Assembly: GCF_009914755.1 (NCBI RefSeq) | Contig: NC_060940.1 | Strand: one strand, 5' to 3' | Length of the DNA stretch: 64,000 nucleotides | DNA from: the human T2T-CHM13v2.0 reference genome, Homo sapiens | In this document: positions 54,795 to 64,000 of the stretch, one piece after another | Position numbering within the stretch: the first letter of the stretch is position 1 | How the letters are laid out: the number at the start of each line of letters is the position of its first letter | Position numbers and translations under genes: made by a program | The notes under the pieces: model-generated | Database searches by the model: none | What the model was told of the DNA's origin: nothing | The model's input: only the letters and a program-made list of their open reading frames with translations

Positions 54795-55568
54795 TGACCA
54801 TCTATCAATACCATTTCTTTAATAATGCAAGAAAACTAATTCAGAGAAATGTTTTATTGTAAATGAACATGACTTGTTAGCTAAATATATATTTTCAGAG
54901 GAAATTACTAGTAGGTGGGTAGAGTAAGTACAGACAGGACTTACCCAAGTTATTTGTAGTTTGTACTGGTAGGAAAGTATATGGTAAGAATATATTGCAG
55001 TGGCAATACCCTGAAGTGGACAATGGAAGATCCAAGTTATTTGTCACATTTTATTGTTTTTCTGGTTATTTTTTTAAAAAAGGAAATATAGGGTTAATTT
55101 GGAGAATTGTCATAAATGAGAAGTGGTTTTGTTTCCCACTTTTTTGGAGTTAAGTGAATGACTAGCGTGGCTCATTTGCACATTTCAGCTTGTTTCAAGT
55201 GTCATAGTTTCTCGTAACTTACTTGGTGTAATAAACTTTTGAAAATAAGATATTCAGGTGATAGTGGTCTGTTTCATTTTCACTGAGGAGATGAGTATAC
55301 ACCTTTAATGGTTAGATGTGGCCCTGGGATTAGCCGGGCCAATGGTAGATTGTGGCATTTTAGTCTTAAGTCATGTGTAGTGACAATATAGATATGAAAT
55401 TTACTGAAAAAGTAAGGAAATAACATTTACCTGTTAATTTCTGCAGAAATTAAGGAGGTATTAATTAAAGAGGTATTGGTTAATCGTGATCAGCATGTTT
55501 AGCAGTCTTAATTTTATGATATAGGACATGTTTTAGGGTATGCTGCTTGAAAACCAGATACTTTTTAA

Positions 55569-55760
<192 letters not shown>

Positions 55761-55824
55761 TAGAAAGCTGTTTCTTAAAATTTTGGTTAAGAAAAAATCT
55801 TAAATTGTGCTAGATTTATTTTAA

Positions 55825-56187
<363 letters not shown>

Positions 56188-57485
56188 TAAACATTTATTT
56201 CAGATGTGTTTAAGTTACCAGGAGAATTACTGGAGAGACTAAAAGAAACGTTGCAAGCTTCGTATTTCGCAAAGCTTTACATACTCTCGGTAGCTGGTAT
56301 TTTTCTAAAGACATATTTTGTTATTTATTTTTATTTTTTGTTCCCAGTCTTCAGAGTCTTAAAGCAAATTGATGTTGTGTTATAAAAAAACACAAAACAC
56401 CAAAAGCTCCTAAAGATTTTCCTCTTACATATGTACAGGAGATCTTGAATCGTACTTTGGAGGACAAGCCTTGGCTTCAGCCAGCTTTTGTGGCTGTACG
56501 AATATAGCATAGGAGCTTTAAGAGCGCTGCTGAAGCCTCTGTTACTGGTACTTGGCTTTTCTGGCCCCACTGTCATGGCTTAACTCTGTGCCATCTCTTA
56601 TCTGAATCTCTTTGTGTTTCTCCCCTATTCAGATCAACCAGTCAAGGCTCCCATAAAGATTTTGGCCTCATCTTGTTTTTTTCATCTTTGCTGCTTGTAG
56701 TCAACAGGAATTCAGTACCTTTAGCTGTACTGATGTGTTTACTCTTTCCTAGAAAAGCAAGGAAATGTTTTGCTTCTGCGTTGTTTTTTCTTTGCCCCCA
56801 CACCTAGAATGTCTTTTTTCACAGCCCACGTTTAAAGCTGATCTACCTCTCATAAGCCACACATTCTAGTTTGTAGAGATGCTTCCCCTTGTTATCCTTA
56901 AGATCTCATTCTCTTCTGTTATTTTGGTGCTTAATTTTAGGTAGATGTATACATTGGTTCTGGTATCCTAGTTTTTGCGAATCTTGTCCTTTTCATATAT
57001 CGTACTTCTTCAGTTACACATCTGTAGACCAGGTCTTGTAATCTCCCTTTGCTCTTCATGTGCATGCTCTTGGTTTGGAGGACTTACTGTTGAGCTGAGT
57101 GGCTCAAAGAATACCTAGAATGAGATTTTTAGCCAAAAACTAATTCAGGAGTGGCAAAAGCTTCCGTCTTCATTTATACCTACATATAACTAGAGCATAT
57201 GTGCTAGAATTTATTTTTCCCCAACAGCTTTCTGAGTTGATTTAAGAGATTATTTCCTTAATTTGTTGTCTATTGGGTTTAATGTTGGCTTTTTGAAATA
57301 ATTAGGTAAAACCCATTTTTATATTCAGAGTCATGAATATTCTCATGGGCCACAGTTCTCTTTCTAAAAGCCTAAAAATCTATTCTAAAATGAATTGATT
57401 GAAATATTTTAGAGTTTTTTTTTGTTTTGTTTTGTTTTTTTAAACAATGTACTACTTATTAAGAATGCTGTGAATTCACATCTAG

Positions 57486-57658
<173 letters not shown>

Positions 57659-58968
57659 GTAAGTGCTTTTGGGCATTTGAAGTGTCATTCAAAAATAAAA
57701 TTGTTTTACATTGTAAATGCTTCTCTTTACCAGGTGAACTGTTATTAATCCTTCATTTGTTTAGCATGTATGTATGTATGTATATATGTATATATTGTCT
57801 GACTGCTTTCTTAAACAACCAGAAAAGCAGGGAATCCTGTTATAGCTCATCCTCCTTTCATCCAACTCCCCTACCCTCCCATGACAAAAGGCCACTCTGA
57901 ATTTTTAAATCTCATTCTTTCATTTTTAAATAATATTTCTTATAATTTTACTTTTAAATTATTGGGTTTCCTTTTAGTTTTTCAACATATTACGAATAGC
58001 ACACTATAGGAGAAGCCTCAGAAAGTAATCTTCTCTGAGCATAAGATGGAACTCATATGAAAACTTGTGTATCTTTATATTCTTTGATAGCCTGATATCA
58101 AAGAACATAAACAAATTAAAAATGAGGTAGCTAGATTGCCACACTTCAGCAGCCTCAGACATTAGCTGCACTGTATATAGCACATCCAGTGAGGGTTCAG
58201 TGGAAAAGACACAAGAAATGAACCCCAGGCATTGTACTCTGCTTTGAATAAGGAGAAAGAAGCATGTGTGATACAGTCATAAAAAATTTAATCTAACTGA
58301 TGAAAATTTTACCGTTAGGATAAAACTTGCTTTTAGGAGCATATACTTTTGCTGAACATGTTGCTAAATAAAATAGGATATTGATTATATAGTAAGTTGT
58401 GTACTTGAGCAGAAATGTCAGAACTTAAAGATAAATGAAACCGGCATATCGGTATTTTAAACCAATATGGTTTCAAAATGGTTTAATATCTTTGCTTCAT
58501 TTTTAATGTCTAAAAGGTGGTTGTTTGAAGACTGTACAGAGTTGAAATAAAAAGCCGTTAATTCAGACATAAAATAAAGGGGACATAATTTATAGGATAG
58601 GTGTATATTGATTTATGAGGATCTTTTAGGCCTTTGAGAATGGTAGAATGGTGGGGTTTTTATTTTTTTTATTTATTTTTGGAGCTGGAACCTCACTCTG
58701 TCACCCAGGCTGGAGTGTAGTAGTTCAATCATAGCTCACTGTAGTCTTGAACTCTTGGGCCCAGGTGAACTTCCCACCTCACTCAGCCCTACAAGCGGGT
58801 GTCACCATACCCAGCTTTTTTTTTTTTTTCCTTTTTAAAGTGGGGTGGTGCCATCACGACTCAGTGCAGCCTCTATCTCTTGGGCTCAAGTGATCCTCCC
58901 AGCATAGCTCCTGCTAATTTTTTATTTTTGTAGAGATGGGGTCTCAGTGTTTCCCAGGCTGGTCTTGA

Positions 58969-59247
<279 letters not shown>

Positions 59248-60061
59248 TAGAAACAAATTTGGTAGAGATGAGGTGTTGTTATGTTGACATGGCTGGTCTC
59301 AAACTCCTGGACTCAAGAGAACCTTCCAGCTAATCCTCTCAAAGTGCTAGGATGATAGATGTGAGTCACTATGCCCAACCTCTAAGGATACTTTTAATGA
59401 AAACTATGGGTAGACTAAATAAAATCCTGTATGTATTGGTTGTTAAATATTATAGAAATATTTTTTAACATTTGCTCTGTTTTCTCCCCTATTTTATTAG
59501 AAATTTAGTACACAATTATTGGCTATTATAGTTAAGTGGGGGATTTTGTGTGTGTGTGTATTGGAAATAATATGATTTTTGAAGATATTATGTGGCAAGC
59601 ATGAGAGTGCTTATCTTTCAAAAGAGACCATCAGTAGATAGAAACTTTAATAAGCTTAAAGTGACTTGTATGTTCAGTTTTGAAAGATTGATTCCCAAAA
59701 GCCCAAGAGCTAGCTTGTAGTATGTGTGGGCAGGCTATTCCCATGCTGTCAATACCATTACTGTCGTGGTGTATTTCATGATAAAGATTCTGAGCTTCAG
59801 CCATTTAGTGACATTGGGAGAAACGAAGTTGGGTATGTGGGAAATAGAGGATGGCAGATTCCATTTCCTGTCATAGTAGCACTTTAGGATTTTTTAGCCA
59901 AGATCATGTTTACATATTGTAGTAAAGGTATCATCATTATTCAGCTACTGAGAACTAGAATATTAAGAGACTGCTGGCAAGGCAAGCAGTTAATTTTCAG
60001 TTGAAATTGCATTAAATAAAAAGTATTTTCTTGCTTTGTGGAAGCACGTGAATTTTTTTAA

Positions 60062-60418
<357 letters not shown>

Positions 60419-60761
60419 TAATCCCAGCGCTTTGGGAGGCCAAAGCAGAAGGGTTGCTTGCATCCAGGAATTCTGGCACAGCTTGGGCAATGTAGTGAGA
60501 CCCCATCTGTACAAAAAGTCAAAAATTAGCTTGGTGTAGTGGTGTGCACCTGCAGTCCTAGCTACTCGGGAGGCTGATGGAGGAGGATCGATTAAGCCCA
60601 GGAACTTGAGGTTGAAGTGAGCTCTGATTGTGCCACTGCACTCAGCCAAGGTGACAAAAAAGGCCCTGTCTCCAAAAAAGAAAAAAAATAAGGGCTTTGC
60701 TTTATTATATAATTTTTTTAGAGTACATTCATCAGTCTTATAATCTATGCTTTCATTTTAG

Positions 60762-61105
<344 letters not shown>

Positions 61106-61487
61106 TAGTCTCAGTGTAGCTTTACTCGTTTTTTCTGAGGAAACATTGCTCTACGCACCAGATTCTTTCTTTTTTTCTTTTCTTTTCTTTCTTTTTTTTT
61201 TGGTCACAGGATCTTGCTGTATTCCCCTGGCTGGAGTGCAGCGGTACAATCAGAGCTCACTGCAGCCTCAAACTCCTGGGCTCAAGTGATCCTCCCACTC
61301 AGCCTCCCGACTATCTGGGACTACAGATGCATGCCACCATGCCTGGCTAACCTTTATATTTTTTGGAGAGAAGGGGTCTCGCTACATTGTCTAGGCTGGC
61401 CTTAAATTCTTGGTCTCAAGTAATCCTCCTGCCTTGCCCTCCCAAAGTGCTGGGATTACAGGTGTGAGCAATCATGCCTGGCCTCCT

Positions 61488-61520
<33 letters not shown>

Positions 61521-62084
61521 ACGGAGTCTCGCTCTTTTGCCCAGGCTGGAGTGCAGTGGCACAATTGTATTTTTAGTAGAGACGGGGTTTCACCATGTTA
61601 GCCAGGATGGTCTCGATCTCCTGACCTCGTGATCTGCCTGCCTTGGCCTCCCAAAGTGCTGGGATTACAGGCGTGAGCCACCGCGCCCGGCCGGCCTCCT
61701 TTAATTTCTTAACCATAAATATCCTCCCCCCACTTTTATTATGGACGTTCTGAAGCACATAAAAATAGGGAGCATAGTATAATAAATTTGTACATATTTA
61801 ACACTCAGCTTCTATAATTAGAAACAAATGGCCCATCTGGTTTCATCTAGGCCTCTTTGCTATCCTTTCATCTCCAACTAGATTATTTTACAGCAAATTC
61901 TAGATGACATTCTGCTGAGCATTTCTGCCAGAATTACACCTCTCTTTGCTAATGTGAAAAAATGCCCATGATAACTGTAAAATACGTGTGTCCTATTTAG
62001 GTGTCTAAACACTTTAATGTCACAGTATTAAGGCCTTAAAATATAGCTTAGATATATTTTTCTAAATTAAAAGACTTCATTTTT

Positions 62085-62540
62085 TAGATATACAGAAAAT
62101 TGAGCAGAAAACAGTGAGTTCCCATATACCTTCTTCATCCCAACAGTTTCCCCCTCATTAACATATTGTGTTAGTGTGGTACATTTATTACAAAGGAGTG
62201 AATATTGATATATTATTATTAACTAATTTTATAGTTTACTTTGTGTTATGTATTCTATGGACTTTAACATGTGTAATGACATGTTTCCCCTATTACCAGT
62301 ATCATACAGGATAGTTTCACTTCCCTAAAAATCTTTTATGTTCTACCCACTCCTTCCTCGTTCCCTCTCCCCACTCCTCCCTCCCCCCATCTTAAGCCCA
62401 TGGCAACCCCTGATCTTTTTACTGTCTCCATCGTTTTGCCTTTTCCAGAATGCCATGTAGTTGGAGTCATATAGTATGTAGCCTTTTCAGTTGGCTTCTT
62501 TCACTTACCAGTGTGCCTTTAAGGTTTCTCCATGTCTTTT
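62085..62540 (-). mobile_element. L1M (L1MA/MB-like) 3' region fragment
   Basis: cagaaaattgagcagaaaacagtgagttcccatatacc...tttgccttttccagaatgccatgtagttggagtcatatagtatgtagcc. Confidence 0.7.
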
Positions 62541-62583
62541 TGTAATTTGAGAAGCTCATTTTTTAAAAATTTTATTCTTTTAG

Positions 62584-62727
<144 letters not shown>

Positions 62728-63338
62728 TGAAGAGTTGGACCTAATGTTGCTTACCCCAGGCTATATAAGTGAAATTGAGTGAAATGTGAAATGTTTGATT
62801 TAGAATATAGTGATTGTATTTGTTCTTTTAAATTTATATTTCTTGATAATCATACTGAATACTTTCATGAATGGTGTGCCAGATACTCTTTTCAGACTAT
62901 GCATCTTTTGCTGTTATTAAATTTATTAAATTTTCATAAGGGTAAAACAAGTTGACACATTTATAAAGTTATAAATTAAGAAGTACTGTATATTTGGTAA
63001 ACAAAAATGACTGGCTTTTCAACCACCCCCTAGTCAAATCCACCACAGACTTTCCTGGTAGATTTAAGAAACCCAGTCTTAAACTGCTGTTTGCATATGT
63101 CTTTTGATGTTGATTATTAAAAAAAAAAAACAAAAACGGCCATTTTGGAAATTTCCTATTGACAGTTTTCATTTATAGTACTCTTTATTTGTGATAAAAC
63201 TTAATAGATTTGAAATAGCATACTGATCTGTGTCAGTTTTCTGATTGGTTTTTAAAAAATTAAAATATTAAATGCTACAGACAGTGAATTGATCGATCTT
63301 AAATTTATTTGTATCATCAGCACTAATACAGATAGTGA

Positions 63339-63686
<348 letters not shown>

Positions 63687-64000
63687 TAATTGTAATGACT
63701 TTGTTTTATCAACAGTTAAGCCTTTTCTCATTACATATTTATGTATTTCACTGTTATGTCAACATGTCTGCAGAATCACTGTATGTAACAAACAGCCATA
63801 TTTAAGACATGCCTGGATAAATAAAATTGGTAGGAATGTTTTCTTGCCATTATATTTAACTTTTCTTCTTTTTCCTTGACAAATCTTGATAAGTTTTTTT
63901 ATATTAGTTTTATTTTCTAGAAAATGTCTTATGAATTTCTCCTATTTGCTCTAGCATGCTTACAGAAAATGTCAGTGTTTCTTACAGCTCAAATTTGTAT

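Noticed and set aside
56200-56580. Mildly CpG-retaining intronic stretch with a small AAGCTT...AAGCTT inverted repeat
   Set aside because: No convincing exon boundaries, RNA motif or recognisable homology

Overview
Human (or very closely related hominid) genomic DNA matching the 16p12.2 boundary between unique sequence and the segmental-duplication mosaic. (1) 1-6.7 kb: 5' end of UQCRC2 on the minus strand (coding exons 1-4, all GT-AG and phase-compatible) with its CpG-rich promoter. (2) 8-21 kb: remains of the lost ABCA14/15/16 cluster (ABCA15P/ABCA3P1). These are four stop-free NBD2/C-terminal exons plus a ~80% identical paralogous copy of one exon and its flanks, among ERV1 LTRs, L1s and Alus. 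(3) 22-27 kb: a patchwork junction zone with a 6 x 46-bp minisatellite, half-Alus, a single orphan RRN3 exon and an AluY/AluYb8 chimera without TSDs. (4) 27-64 kb: an unprocessed SMG1 duplicate (probably SMG1P4) on the plus strand, lacking exon 1, with exons 2-13, a 3-nt deletion in exon 5 and a frameshift/PTC in exon 10. Most ORFs in the supplied track are Alu, L1 or simple-repeat artefacts. I found no wholly new gene family. The best leads are two cryptic cassette exons in SMG1 intron 1 (one in-frame with a strong-context ATG, one poison-type), the chimeric young Alu at the RRN3/SMG1 junction, the well-preserved ABCA exons with degenerate catalytic motifs, and a phase-compatible RRN3-ABCA fusion path. 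Gene and repeat names come from recalled sequences rather than database searches, and repeat boundaries are approximate.
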